This document shows, in pieces, positions 1 to 13,030 of a stretch of DNA of 64,000 bases (the first letter of the stretch is position 1; each line of letters starts with the position of its first letter). Source of the stretch: Klebsormidium nitens (lineage: Eukaryota; Plantae; Klebsormidiophyceae); the NCBI GenBank assembly GCA_000708835.1, contig DF236957.1, positions 415,629-479,628 on the forward strand, written 5' to 3'. Below the pieces are notes generated by a model. The model saw only the letters and a program-made list of their open reading frames with translations. It was not told the origin of the DNA and searched no databases. A program made the translations under genes and the position numbers.

Positions 1-71
1 GACTGCCGTTGACGAAGACGACGAAGATGGCAAGGATGCTTGAAGAAGGCTTCCACTCTTTATATGCAAAA
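1..71 (+). CDS. Exon of a gene entering from the left edge. Reading is either ...TAVDEDDEDGKDA* (stop 41-43) followed by a 3'UTR intron, or ...MARMLEEGFHSLYAK spliced to 423-602
   Basis: Strong GTAAGT donor at 72 and TTTTTAAATTGCAG acceptor ending at 422. Frame 2 is acidic and stops at 41-43. Frame 3 stays open across the junction to TAA 600-602. The frame is unresolved. Confidence 0.35.
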
Positions 72-279
72 GTAAGTAACCCGATTTTCTCGTGATCGTC
101 ATGCATGGCAGTGGGTTTCTGTGGCTATGCATCATAAGCGTTTGCCTGGTATGAAGAAGGTTTTTGAGCATCTCCTCAAAATGAGGATGCAAATGCTGCC
201 ATGCTGGACTACAGTCACATATATAACCAGAATTAAATCAGATATGTTTCGTTTGGAATTGAACATGCAGATCTGAGAT

Positions 280-299
280 GGGTATACCTAGGTATACCC
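280..299. repeat. Perfect 20-bp palindrome GGGTATACCTAGGTATACCC
   Basis: Read directly; the sequence is its own reverse complement. Confidence 0.95.
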
Positions 300-307
300 C
301 GACATGC

Positions 308-404
308 ACCATCTTAACCAATCAAACTCAGCTAGTGCGCTTGCATATGCATGTGAAAAATCAATTTGCAAGCGCACTAGCTGAGTTTGATTGGTTAAGA
401 TGGT
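308..404. repeat. Perfect 38-bp inverted repeat with a 21-nt loop (hairpin)
   Basis: 308-345 ACCATCTTAACCAATCAAACTCAGCTAGTGCGCTTGCA is the exact reverse complement of 367-404. Confidence 0.95.
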
Positions 405-927
405 TTAATTTTTAAATTGCAGCCTTCGTCTCAGCGTGTTACATGTACATGGTCAGTTGTCGAGCGGTGCATCATGGACTTGTATAGAAGCACACATATT
501 ATACTGAATACACGCGCGCGCATCGATCACAAGATAACCGAGACCCATGGCCTGATTAAGGATGTTTGTGAGTCCGCGATTGACACTTGCCCGTCTGCAT
601 AAGTAATCCGTTTCGAAGAACAAACTGAGTCCTCGGCTGAGGTCCACATGAAGGGTCAATCACAGCAGAAGCATGTTGCACATTGTGATATTGGCTTAGC
701 GAGACGGGCTGCAGACAACGAATAAATGGACCAGAGCAACAAAGAACGACACAATCAGACTAACCAACTAAGCTTTGGAGACCATACATTCGCGAAGTAC
801 TTGTTCTGATGACAATCTGTAGAACACTCGACTTTTGTGCCAGAGACCGCCAGGTATTAGATGCCTCACGAATTCAACTGGTCATAGGGGATGACAAACG
901 AGCAGATATACACAATGTACAGACAAC

Positions 928-2578
928 CTATGGTATTTGCCTGTTGTATGGCATGTCTGATCCAATCTCCGCTCGCTCGTCCCGTTCATCTTTGATCTGC
1001 AAGATTTGGAGAACGTGACCAGTAAGGCACCAAGTTAGAAAACGAAATTTGTACACAAGATAGGATGCTCTCTGTATGAATCTTCAGGTTACCAAAAACA
1101 TGAGCACTTGCAAGAAGCAGAAGCCCTGAGCTAAGAAGTCAGTCCAAGATTCAATCAGGTATAGGGCAGATCCGTCACTCGCACTAAATGGTAGCCAGGA
1201 ACCCAACTTAGCTGCACATTCAAACCCACTTAAGTCTGCATTCTGTGAGCTGGATGCCCCATGAAATGGCATGAGTGGTGGATTGCTTTTAAGGTAAGCT
1301 TACCTCAGCCAACTGCTTTTGAATGTAGAATGCATACGGCGTTTGCTTTTCCTGCAGAAGCATGCACCTCAGGTTCAATCACCAAAATATCAATCTCTTG
1401 ACAGTAAGAGTCAAGCTTTGTGACATGTGCACTTCCATAGCCTTTATCGAGCGCAGAAAGACTGTGCCATGGGCCTCTGCTGAATTGAATGTAGATGCTA
1501 TCATGTTCCTTTGCCCCAGACCTTCTGCAGAAACGGCACACAATGTTCCTTTGCCCCAGACCTTCCCTAAATTCTGCACACATTACCTGGACAGTAACTA
1601 CCTCTCACCTTGCAAAGCCCCACAAATGAAAGCTAAAGTAGTCGCCTTGCTCTTCACAATTGAGCACCAAAACCAGCATGGTCTGCCTTACAAGAAAATT
1701 TCCCAAGAGTTCCTACCTGGAGCTCTTTGGACAGGTAGTTATGCTTCATTGAAAGGTCAATGGCCCGCTTCAACCGCTGGTTACGAGCATCCGTCTCTTC
1801 CCGGGGCAGCCTTTTGAGGGCCTCCTTGACATCCAAGTCATAAAGGTCGTCGTACAGGTCATCGTACCTCAACCCTGCAGGAAAGGTGGACATGATCAGG
1901 CGGTGATTGAAATATGTGCAGCGCAAGCTGATCTAATCGCAAATCAAAGCTGCCAATGTCTGAGAAGGACAACGCCATACTTAAGTGTAGGCGAGAGCTC
2001 ATAACCATCAAGGCTCCACTTGAGCACTAACCAAAAGGCACAAAGTAGACAAGATGGTCACAGATAACGTGGCATAGCATACTCTAAGACGCCATACCTA
2101 CCACAAATATCCTTCAAGCTGGAAAACACGCAACACTTTTCAAACAAGCCAGATTTACAAGAGCAGACAACTACATTAGGGGGACACACTTTTGCGAATA
2201 AGTGCAAATGTAATTTCTCAAATCTCCCTACTCTCTGCTTTATCAGCACCATGATTGTACGGCAAAAGCTCGAATGGTCCAGCACAACAATGACGAGCGC
2301 TTAGGTGGACAGATCATAAATGCAAGTGGCTCTCAACGAAGAATCTGCTGAGTTCTCCACATTTACTGTGCATCTTAATGCTGCAACCTCACGCCGCATT
2401 CTGTTGTGTAAATCTGTTCACGCTGGTGTGAATACAGATCCATACAACATCAACAGACTAATCCCGTACCGTATTTTTTCAGCGCCTTTCCAACGGCCGC
2501 CTGATACCTTGTTACCGCCCACAACCAGGCAGGTTCTGTGAGCTTGGCAAAAAACTTGGAAACTCCGGTCATGGCCAT
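928..2578 (-). CDS. QCR7: Cytochrome b-c1 complex subunit 7, 4 exons: 2578-2470, 1874-1717, 1351-1304, 996-928 (127 aa)
   Basis: Spliced protein MAMTGVSKFF...ALKKYGLRYDDLYDDLYDLDVKEALKRLPREETDARNQRLKRAIDLSMKHNYLSKELQEKQTPY...PYNRQIP*. GT-AG junctions have consistent phases. Confidence 0.95.
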
Positions 2579-3166
2579 GGTGCCACCTGCCAAGCAACCA
2601 CCGATCGATGCCTCCTCAGCAAGATGTTAGTAGCCCTGGCAGTGCCCCCTGGACCTTTGACGAGATTGCCGCCCTACCAGGCTACCTGCCGTACCTCCTC
2701 CTGTTTGCATGAGGGTCTCAGGCTAGAGAGGCTCAAGCTTCCCTGATCCGCCCTGGGGCAGCAGAACTAGGCAAGCGAGAAGGTTTTGATGTTCTCACAA
2801 GTTGAGGCTGGAATCGATTCGGGCTATCCACGAGCGAGGATGGGCCACATGCTATCCGACGGTTCACAGGCCATCGATCTCTGTCGCTTGGCTCCATGCT
2901 TGAATCGGACCGTCGAGGCCTGCTGAGTAGAAGCGTGGACGGTGTCCAGGACTCCAAAAATCCTGCCAGTTAAAGTTGGAGTTCAGACTTCAGCTCGATC
3001 GGATGCTCAAGCCTCAAGGTCGGAGCAAGATGGCAATCAGCTGAAATCAGTCTGATTTTTGAGGTGGTGTCCAATTAACATTCTGCACAAACCCCCAAAG
3101 TGGTGCTTTCAGAGGTTTGAGAGGCACACAAGCTTCCTGTCAGGTTTGAGTTGGTCCTTGCTTGAG

Positions 3167-6100
3167 ATGATGGCGACCACAGCGTCCGCTCCGGCGGCCA
3201 AGTGTTTCCTTCTCAAAGAACAAATGCTGCAATCACAGCGTTGCAGCTCATGCTCTACTCTCAGAGGCCCAGGAGCATTTCCTCTCATACAACACCGGAA
3301 GGCTTTACGACCGATGAGCAGTCACTCAAAGCCAGCCTTGACCTTCACTTCTTCAAAGCAGTCTACTTCACAACTGCATCGTAGTTTGCAAAACAAACAG
3401 CATTCGGCAGCGTTCAGAGTCTCTGCTCAAAGTAGTCTTTCAGCTGCATCAGAGCCAGCTGGTTACGCGCAGCGAAAAAGTGACACGAGGGCCAGGGGGG
3501 ACGTTCGCACGCTAGCGGTAGCGGAAGCAGTGGGAAGAGATTTGGGGAGTCATGAAGAGGAGGAAGAGATAGAAGCGAACACTGGTGATGAGCGGGAGTT
3601 GCCAGCATTCGACTGGAAAGCTCATTGGTATGCTGTGGGGGTGGTGCAAGTAAGCGTTTTCTCATTGCGCTTCTGGTATCTTTGCGCCTACAGCTAAGGT
3701 CGATGGAAGCAACTTCAAGTGTTTGAATTTTGTGTGTATGGATAATCTGTGTAAAGCGAGCTTGTCTGGCTGACTGCTGGTGCTTTCCTTTCCTGAGGTG
3801 GTGCACAGATGAAGTTTGTGCTGCATCAAAGCGGTGCTACTCAGTACTTTATGCGGGGCCAATGCTCTACTTGATGCTTGTCAGAAAGCAAATAATATGC
3901 TCATAGGGCATGTTGCGGGAGATTCTTGAAGTTTGAAAAAGTGTCCGTTTTTCTCGGTTTGTTGCTCGCAATTCTCTGACTTCCTGAGACTATCAGAGTA
4001 AGGGTCGTTCAAGTGGCATCTATCAGTAGAAAAGAGACTTTTTCCCAAGTCCTATCAGGCTGCTGTTGCTGTGTTGATCGAGGATGGGAAGCTTGATGAT
4101 TCTGTCCCTGATATATCCCAGTGTTTATGCCACTCTTGAGAGTATGCAAAGGATTGTGATTGTTAATCCGGACAAGCCAGAGGCCGTTTAAGCTTATTCG
4201 TGTAAGCTGATTATGAAAACGATACACAAATCAGAAGCGTTGTAGGACAGGAACATGACGTGTCGGAATCCATCCCTTATTCAGGTGTATTATACAAAGT
4301 AGTGTGATTAATACCAGGTTCGTTCATTGCTGTGGAAGAAACCTCTTGTGGCACCATCAACTGACACTCAGAGTTCTCCCCAGGACATGGACCCGAGCAT
4401 CCCCCACCCGCTCACCATCCTAGGCCAGCCAGTCGTCCTCTGGTACGATAGGAACGAAGCTAAGTGGCGCTGCTTCTTGGACCAGTGTCCCCACCGCCTT
4501 GCGCCCCTTTCCGAGGGCAGGATCGACGAGGAAGGCCGTCTTCAGTGCAGCTACCATGGGTGGTCGTTCGAGGGACGGGGGGCGTGTGCGTGCATCCCAC
4601 AGGTGAGCTAAAGTTATCAGGCCTTTTGCGCACTATTCAGCGTGTTAAAGTGGAGATACTATTGGTTGTGATTTGAGCTTAACAACCACTGGTTTTAATT
4701 GAGAGTCGGCATCTTGAGGGGGTCAGGTGGGGAGGTGTGCGCCAGCTACCCACAGCTTACACATCTACTCATTGCGAGTGTTCCAGCTGTTTGAACTGTT
4801 TGAGAACCGGTTTGAGCTAAGTCTGGAAGACTAGAAGGGTTCTCGGTCTGAGTTATAGCCGTGCTTACCCGATACAATCTTCCTAGATTGACACCATCGA
4901 ACGAGCCTACTTGGCTCTTTCCCTGCATCCATCTTGACACCTGTCTTGAGTAACGGCAAGGGGCCACTTAGATGCAGTACATACTGCCTCTTGACTCCAT
5001 GGCTCGGCTTTCCTTGGTTTGTCGTTTTCCTTGTATTATATTTTCTTTGTTTGTTGTTCTCCTTCGTGTTTGTTTCGTCGAAGTGAGGGACATCGTCTTT
5101 GTGTTTGTTATTGCAGAATTGAAAGAACTTTACGGGTTGTACCCGTCAACTGTTCTGCACTTTTTCTCTCTTTTACGGTTAGAGTATCTCTGGCCTCTGA
5201 CAAAGCATACGGCCATCAAATCAAAGCGGTCCTAAGACCTTACTTACAAATCTCTTGCGAGTCGTGTCTGTTTGGTCGTGCTCCTACAATTTTCAGCAGG
5301 CTTTTTTGTCTGGGAAACATAACGACGTCTTGGGTTGAGGTACACAGAAGTGTCGAATCGTTTTGAGTCTCACCATTGTTTGCAACGGCACTCTCATGAT
5401 GGAAGATCTGGATGGCTCCCAGCCTGATAGTGGGTGGGGCTTTCCGATATCTTTCTTCCAACATGAACAAGCGAGAAGGACTCAAAGCCCCTCTTGCGGC
5501 GGCAGTGCGCGACCTTCTTTCTGAGCGGTGGAAGCAGGACTCGAGCTGCACCATAATATTTGCTAGACTATTCCTTGGATTTTTCCACAATTCGTTTGGA
5601 CATCCAGCAGTTTAAGAAAAGGTTCCTTCAACCTTTGAAATGTATGGGCCGCAGTATGGTGCGACTCTATTGACTCGCTGTTTCCTTTGTCGCTGTCGCG
5701 TAGCCACTTTTTCTTTTGATACATTGACCAAGACATCTTCATTGTTTTGTCTGCCGTGGACCTTTCGAGATGCAGCAGTGGGGTTCACAATGAAGAGGGT
5801 TTGAAGTACAATCTCTTTACTAGTCTGTGCTTCGCAGCCAAAGCCCTGCCTTGTTTGACGGCCATGCCATGTTTATTCAGATTTTCGGCGGAACCTATTT
5901 TCCTTTTGTTTTCAACAAAACAGGAGGATTTGGGGCGACACGATGTGACCTGCCGACGATTGTCTTCATCTTATGTTCCTTCTCCCCAACCTGCTGACCT
6001 CAAATCCCGTCAACCGCCGGGCTTCATGGGCTCCTAGCGACCGTTGTAACGTTCCGAGTCACTTCAGAGCCAAGCGTTACTCGTCTCCACAGGCTGCTTC

Positions 6101-9100
6101 TGAAGGCCCTGAGGCGAAGGCAGCCGCCAACCCGCGCGCAGCGGTGCGCACTTTCCCCATCTCTGAGGCGGGCGGGCTGCTTTTTGTGTGGCCCGACAGT
6201 GATCCCAAGGCGGCCTACAAGGCGGCCTACTCGCGCTTGCCTTTGACGCCAGGTGAGAGAAGCGGTGGATGCAGAACGTGCCACTTCCGTTTGTCTTTGT
6301 GAGTTCTCCTCTGCTGTTTTCTGCGGACTTCAACCGTTGAGATTTCCAGTGTGACCCTTTTTTCAGATTTGTTGTCGAGGCAGTCATGTGCACTCCCATG
6401 AAGGTCTGACTCCTACACGTCCGTTCAGGATAGAGGGCGAGCTGAGAACCGTGTAATCAAACACAGTTATATTCTGTTTGCAACAGTTCGGTGTTCGAGT
6501 ACCTAACATAATAGCCGTGATGCTACGACACATTGAAAAGATCAGCAGAAGGCCTTTCGGGGCGCGGATTACTTTCTTTTCATGGTCTGAGAACCGACAA
6601 GCGGGTTTGGACGACCCTCTTCAAATCCGAGAGCGTGTTACTCAATGCGTTACCTTTGGATCTGTAAGACAATAAAAATGCAGCCGGAGCTTTGTCATCC
6701 TCTTCCCGTGGTTCGTACCTTAAGCTGAATATCGTGGTCACTCTTGTGCTCGAGAAGAACGTAGATATACAATGATTGGATTTTGTTCACCGCCCCTGCA
6801 GGCGTCGCGGACGATTGGATGACATCACACTACGCCCGCGACATGGAGTACGGGTACGAGATCCTGGTGGAGAATCTGGTGGATCCCGCCCACGTGCCAT
6901 TCAGCCACAACGGCGTCGGAGGGATCAACCGGAAGTCGGTGAGAACGAGCTCGCTACAAACGAACAAGTTTGACCGGGACAGCCTGCTTTAGAAGTTCTG
7001 GACGGATACCCGAAACTCTAACGTTGAGGTATTGAATCCAGGTTCGCCTGTTCAAGTTGGTGAATCTAATCCGAAACAGGTGGTTGCTATTTCTTCGAAT
7101 GCATTTCTCAAGGCAGCTTTTATGTTTACCCTTGGATTGGTCCCAAGTCTGCTCAACGTGAGATTTTTGAAGATGGAGCTCCTTTCAAGGTAGACGTAAC
7201 TTTGGCGGCTCTGAAGAGAAACAATATCCTACCCCAATGAGAAGAACGCAGTTGAAGGCCGTAAAGTTACCCCGTTGGGTTCTTTTATCCAGGCCGCTCC
7301 CCTCGAGTTTCGCATCACGCGCATGGACCACACCGGCTTCTTCGGCAGAGGCGTCAGCGGCAGCTTTGCCCCGAACACGGTCGGGGGGAACGAGTTCCTA
7401 GCGCCCAACCGCTTCTCCTACACTCGAACCACCCCCCGAGACGACGGCTCGGAATCCAACTTCATCATCACTGTACACGTCACCCCGCGGGGGCCCGGGA
7501 AGAGCCGCGTAATCCTGTCTACGTACGCAAAGACTTTGAACGAGAAGAAAGTGAAAACGGGGCTTCTGGCGAGGGTGAAGGGGTTCAACTTCCGGCGGCT
7601 GCTGTTCCGGTTCCGGCCCCGGTGGCTGACCCACCTGGTGCTGGACGCGATCTTCGACGGGGACGCGGTGTTCCTCCGGGGGCAGGTGAGAGCGCATTCG
7701 GAAGACCTTTGAAGGCAAGCAAAAACGAAGACACTGAAGGGGTCATGGTGAATGAAAAGAGAAGGTCACCGTTCATTAGTTCTTACCTGGGTGGGTGAGC
7801 AGAGGAGGAGGATCCGTAGGTTTGGATGATTGTGAAGTAGGTTCTAAGACGCGTACATTTGACTTGCGGGTCATTCTAGCTCTCCGCGTCACGCATCTGA
7901 CGAAAGCAGAGCTTGGCTTCGGGGAGAAGGCGAATGGGGCAGTGGCGAGAAACGGGTTGTCCAAAAGACGTTCGTAGGGCCGGAGATTGCACCGTGATTA
8001 TCCAGTGAGTGCTTGTAACGCCGTTCCAAACATACCTATGACTTGCTCCCGCTCTCGGCCGACCACTGCACAAGCGAATCTTTTGAGCTTGCACGCAAGC
8101 CCTTCGTTTTCTGTCCACAGGAGATTGCGCTGCAGACCACGCCAGCGAACGCGTCCGCGACGTCAGCGGTCGACGAGCGCGGGGTCCGCAAAGTCGACGC
8201 TCCGCGGGAGTACTTCATGCCCACGCCCGCAGACCGGTTCGTGCTCGCGTTCCGACAGTGGCTCAACCGGTATGCAGGTACGTGGGTTCTCTCGGCCCTC
8301 CTCTCTTTTAGCGCCTCTCTTGGTTGGTTTGTTCTATGTTCTGCCTGAACGGTGACGAGCAGCTTGGACCAGGTTGAGCTTAGATGGAGGTGCCTGGCAA
8401 GAACTATTGTGGAGCTTTTGCCGGAGAACGGATCCAATAGGATGCGCCGTTCTCTTCAAAATTGGAGTTCCCGGACCGTACGTTCGCGCAGATATTCATC
8501 CGGATTCTGGAAGTAATGGCAAGGCGTTACCATGACACGCAGAGATAGTGAATCTTAAATCGAGTTTACTGGAACGGCGCCGCCTGTAACTCAGTCTCCG
8601 AGCGATTGCCGATGCTCGGACATGACGACGACTCGCGTCATAAAAGATTCTGCATATATTGCTCTGCCGCCCACGTGTTTCATCTCATCTTCGACGTCTC
8701 TTCTCGTGTCAGGCGGCGGCGTCCCGTGGGCCGAGCTGGGCGTGCCAGAACTTGACGTCAAGCTGACGTCACGGGAGGCCGTCATGGACCGCTGGCATCA
8801 GCACACCACGCAGTGCACCACCTGTTCCGGCGCGCTCGAGAAGGCGCGCACCGCCCAGAAAGGTGGCGTCTCCTTCTTGCTTCTTTTCAAAGCTTTTCCC
8901 TCTTTGGTCGTCGATGCCAGAAGCGGTTTTCAGCAGAAGACGTCCAGCTTTCAGCAGGTTGCTGCGTAGTCAAGTAATCAGCGCGCCTGATTTCGTGTGA
9001 CCGAATCTGAAAGGTTTCCTGCAACATAGACAGGTTTCGAAACGGCTTCTGTGTCGCTCATTCCATGTCGATTACTTGTAGCAACGAGTACGACGTTCAA

Positions 9101-9432
9101 TCCTGAATTACTCACCGTTACTTTGAGACATCTTCGCTTCTGTATTCGCAAAGCTTTTGAGTCTCTGCGAAACGTGGGTTCTTTAAGTCCTTGTCTCGTG
9201 CATCGGAACGGATGCATCATATGCAAAAAAGACGTATGCGCTGTTCTTTTCTTCAGCTCTTTGGGTGGCTGCCGCGCTTCTTGTCGCCGCCACCCTAGTT
9301 GCCGGCCAGGCGTGGGGACCGCTAGCGCGCGGGGGGTTGGTCTCGCTCGCGCTGCTTTCGACGGCCGCAGGATTCGCGCTCAACGGGCTCGTTCAGCGCT
9401 TCATCTACACCGGGTACAACCACGCCAAGTAG
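3167..9432 (+). CDS. Chloroplast Rieske non-heme iron oxygenase, PAO/PTC52/TIC55 family, 8 exons (3167-3649, 4384-4602, 6093-6252, 6802-6938, 7293-7685, 8121-8277, 8713-8862, about 9258-9432)
   Basis: Rieske motif [13 protein letters not shown]...CSYHGW, mononuclear Fe motif [14 protein letters not shown]-terminal CxxC (HTTQCTTC), hydrophobic tail ending [10 protein letters not shown], and a Ser/Ala-rich transit-peptide-like N-terminus. Confidence 0.9.
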
Positions 9433-11031
9433 GAAGGGTATAATCTAGTGCGGTCTGCATTGGACCATAGGCAAAGGTCTCGCGGCACGAGCTGTACATA
9501 GCATGCGGTGTACATAGTTGGTCAAGTAAAGCGCTTCATTAGGTGCATACGAGTCGGATATATCCATGCGAACACTCTTAAGACCTTCCTTGCTCAGCTG
9601 GAAACCACAAGGTCGAACATCGATCGATACCAAGAACGCGATAGTTGCTCATTTGACCCTAGTTTAATGACTCCTTGCCGAATCGACACATGTGGCACCA
9701 AGATTGAATTGCAATCTGCACGCTGTATAGCACGCAGTACGTAGCCAAGTTCAAACCGATCAAGCTGTCTGGCTATCGAAAGGCTTCTGGCACCGTCTCC
9801 AACGTCAAGGGCATGCCCGGAGAAAATAAACCGTAATTGGAGATCGACTAGATCGAGTCATGCAAGGCCGGCGGCCACTTAGTATTGCGCACTGAGTAAA
9901 GATTCGTTGAGCAATGGGTTGGAACATGCTGGCAAGTTGCAGTGCATGGTCAAGGCCGCTGCTCGTTGTCCGACCAGGGGCATGTTGATTGTACTATGAT
10001 AATCTGTCGACTGCTTCATGGATTCGTTGCGCGCGCCGCTGACCAGGTTGGAGCATGCAGCATGAGGCTTATGCATAACTTATATCAAGCGTCCGGCGCA
10101 TGTGCAGAACCGTTGACATGTATACATGAATTGCAGTGATCGATATCAGAATTTGCAGAGTCTGACATGTACGTGGTGGCACAAAGTCTCGAATGTGGAC
10201 CAATGCTAATGGGCCGTATAGCTTGAGCTTCCAATGTGCACAAGCTAGGTTCATGCATGACATGGGCAACCGCGTTAGCTGCGGCTTTAAGTTATAGCAC
10301 GGCTCAAGAACTGCGGTGTTAATGAATTGCATCCACGTCCTTGTACAAAGTCCTCCTTCAAACTTATCAAAAAGTTAAGGCGGCTCTGCGCCACTGCTAT
10401 GGGCACTGACGCATCCGAGCGGCTGCCCATAGCAGCCGTTGATGAATCTGAATGAACGATGGAGCGGACACGTTACGATTGCGTTGGTTCTGGACGCCAT
10501 AAGAAACGCTTTGTAGAGATACATATGTCGGTCAATAGGACGCTGGTTACTGCTTCGGAACAGGTCTGAATCGATTCTTTTTCAACCCCGCAACGCACAG
10601 TAGACGGCAGGCCAGATTGACGACAATAGTAAGCCGTGCAGAATCATGCGGATGTGTGCTGCGCGAGATTTTGACAAACGCTGGCCATGAACAGAAGCGA
10701 GCACTACGATGTGTTTTGGTATGAAAACGCAGGGACGGGGTAAGAAGACAGACATGATTATCGATCTATAACGGCATGCGTGCAGTAAGTACGGCAGCTT
10801 TATTTACTTGCTCAGGTTCGAGACGTTGCGACGTTCGCAACGCATGTCTATGTCTAGGCGGCCGGCCCTCCATCGCTTCCGACTTTTAGGGTCCACGTAT
10901 CCATGTCATGTACACACTCCTTTGTTGAGTTTTGTAGAGAGACTCGTTTGAGGACACTACTACGTTCTTATGGTGGGTTTGAACCTAACGTAAACCGCTG
11001 ATACCACTTTAGACCCAAATCCCAAACCCTG

Positions 11032-13030
11032 CTACGCCCCGGAAGGGCCGGCCGCGATGCCCGCGCCGGGCGCGGGCGCGGGCGCGAGCACGGGGCGGGG
11101 CCCCGGTAGAACGTTGATGGCGACCTTCATGCCGTCGAGACAGTGGCCGTCGACCCTGCCCAGAAACAGAACGGACGAATCTGTAGTTAGTACCAACTTT
11201 GCCTGGCGCTTCCGCATTTTCGAATTTGTAAACCATAGGTTGGCCGATTGGGGGATCTGATTGTAAATTCGTCAGAAAGCGAAGCTCAGATGAATCGGTC
11301 GACCAGATGTCTACCTTTACTGAGATCAGAGAAGCACATTTTGAGCGCGCGTACCTATGCATGCACGGGAAGTACAATAAGTGGCCCGTGTCGTTCCGTG
11401 GGCTTTGCGGACTTGCGCGGATTCAAAGCCGACGAGTCCGTGACGCGAGATCACAAAACCGGGCGTCGACGTTTCTCGAACAACTTTGGTTACACCATCC
11501 AAACGCGCGCGCTCAAGAATCACATTTCCGCTTTTTTTGACCGAACTTGTTCAGAGAAGACGACTTGCTTCGTGTATTGGGTCACAGCCTCGTCGAGAGT
11601 ATTGGTGATAAATCTCCCTGGCACAAATTCTCAGATTCTCCGAAAGCAGGGTAGTTCGAACTACAGTAGCTCTCACAAGGTAATCGCTGCGCATCCGACG
11701 GAATGAGCAGTCGGCATACAAGCGCAATGCAGACAAGGGTTGGTTGGAGTGGTACTGACTCGCATGCGTAGTAGTCCGGGCCAGGCGCTGAGACCGGTAC
11801 GTTCACGCCGACCAGTCCCGGGGCAACGTTGGAGTTGTTGGGCTGACTCAGGTTGGTTGAGTTGGAAAAGTCGCACGCGGTCAGGGACTGGTTATTGGGC
11901 AGCGCGAAGACGGTGTGAATCGCTGGGGGGAACACGAAGACTGCACGAGACAACAGAAAGAGGCTTTCGAAGTTCGAAGATGGGCAAATGAGCTGAGGGC
12001 TGAGACGGGTAGGCCAGCGAAAGTGCGTGTGGGCCGCAGCAATCTTTCTGATTAAATGTTGAAGCCGAATGGACCTTTCAGTACCCCGGAAAGAGGCTTC
12101 ATTCTCTCAATCCTCAGTTCTCTTGGCCTGTCCGGTTGTAACCTCTTTCATGTTGCTGACCTTCAGTCTTCAAGCACTTCGGTCTCTCAGATGGTCAAAT
12201 TCCGAAAAGACTGCCTTACACAACGAAATGAGAACGATTGCCAGGACAGAAATTTTCACTTCGTCTCTCATCCCCTCACGTTGCAAAAGTTCAATCTGGT
12301 CAGAAGAGAGATCGAGAAATGATGTCATCTCCGGACAGCGCCGAGGTCCAGAACGAGCAGGAAAGAACTAGATATGGGACTCACAGAGAACGTCGCCCAC
12401 GTAGACTGGGTTCTGCTCCGCCCACAGCGGGTAGTTGATTCCGAGCCCCCATCCCGACGATCCCCCGACTTGAACCAGGTCAGCTCTTGCCCCCTGAACC
12501 AATCAGACGAGTTGGGAGTAATTGTTTATTTTTCAACATATTAGTGAAAAGATGGGGCATTTCTGCAGTCACTGAAATATAAAGGCACTGCCAAAGCCTT
12601 TGACCAGGTTCAAAGTATGGCAAGTGCTGTCAGCGTGCTGACAGCTTGGAAGTTGGGCCAAGCGGCTATTTTTGAAATGGTCGTTTCAGGTGTCGAAAGG
12701 CTGATTTCTTGGACAGCAAAAAGAGCTTGCAATAGGCAGAGGGCTGCTTTCCAAGGGGGGTTTTTCACGACTTCAAAAGGTTCTCTACCTGTCCTTTTGC
12801 TCCCCAAACCAAATAGATTGCCCCACAAATCGATTTCTGGGAAACGCAGAAACTTTGGCACGCAAGGGCTTTCCACCACGAATGCTCCTTATATACGGCT
12901 AATCAACAAAAGCGACGATCCGAGGGAGTCAGAGAAGGGAATCGCAGAACGTGCTCCTCACCAGCGTAGCAGCGCCAAGGCAAATTAGAGCCGCGAGAAG
13001 TGCCCGTTGCAACACCTCTTCGCGCGCCAT
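11032..13030 (-). CDS. Secreted phytocyanin (plastocyanin-like blue copper protein), 4 exons
   Basis: Signal peptide MAREEVLQRALLAALICLGAATL (13030-12962). Domain VGGSSGW...NYPLWA...VGDVLFVFP..IHTV...ACD. Ligand loop YYACEVDGHCLDGMKVAINV gives His/Cys/His/Met. Short APAPAP tail. Confidence 0.88.

Noticed and set aside
1503-1565. 23-bp tandem duplication ATGTTCCTTTGCCCCAGACCTTC in a QCR7 intron
   Set aside because: Ordinary local duplication that does not include a splice site.
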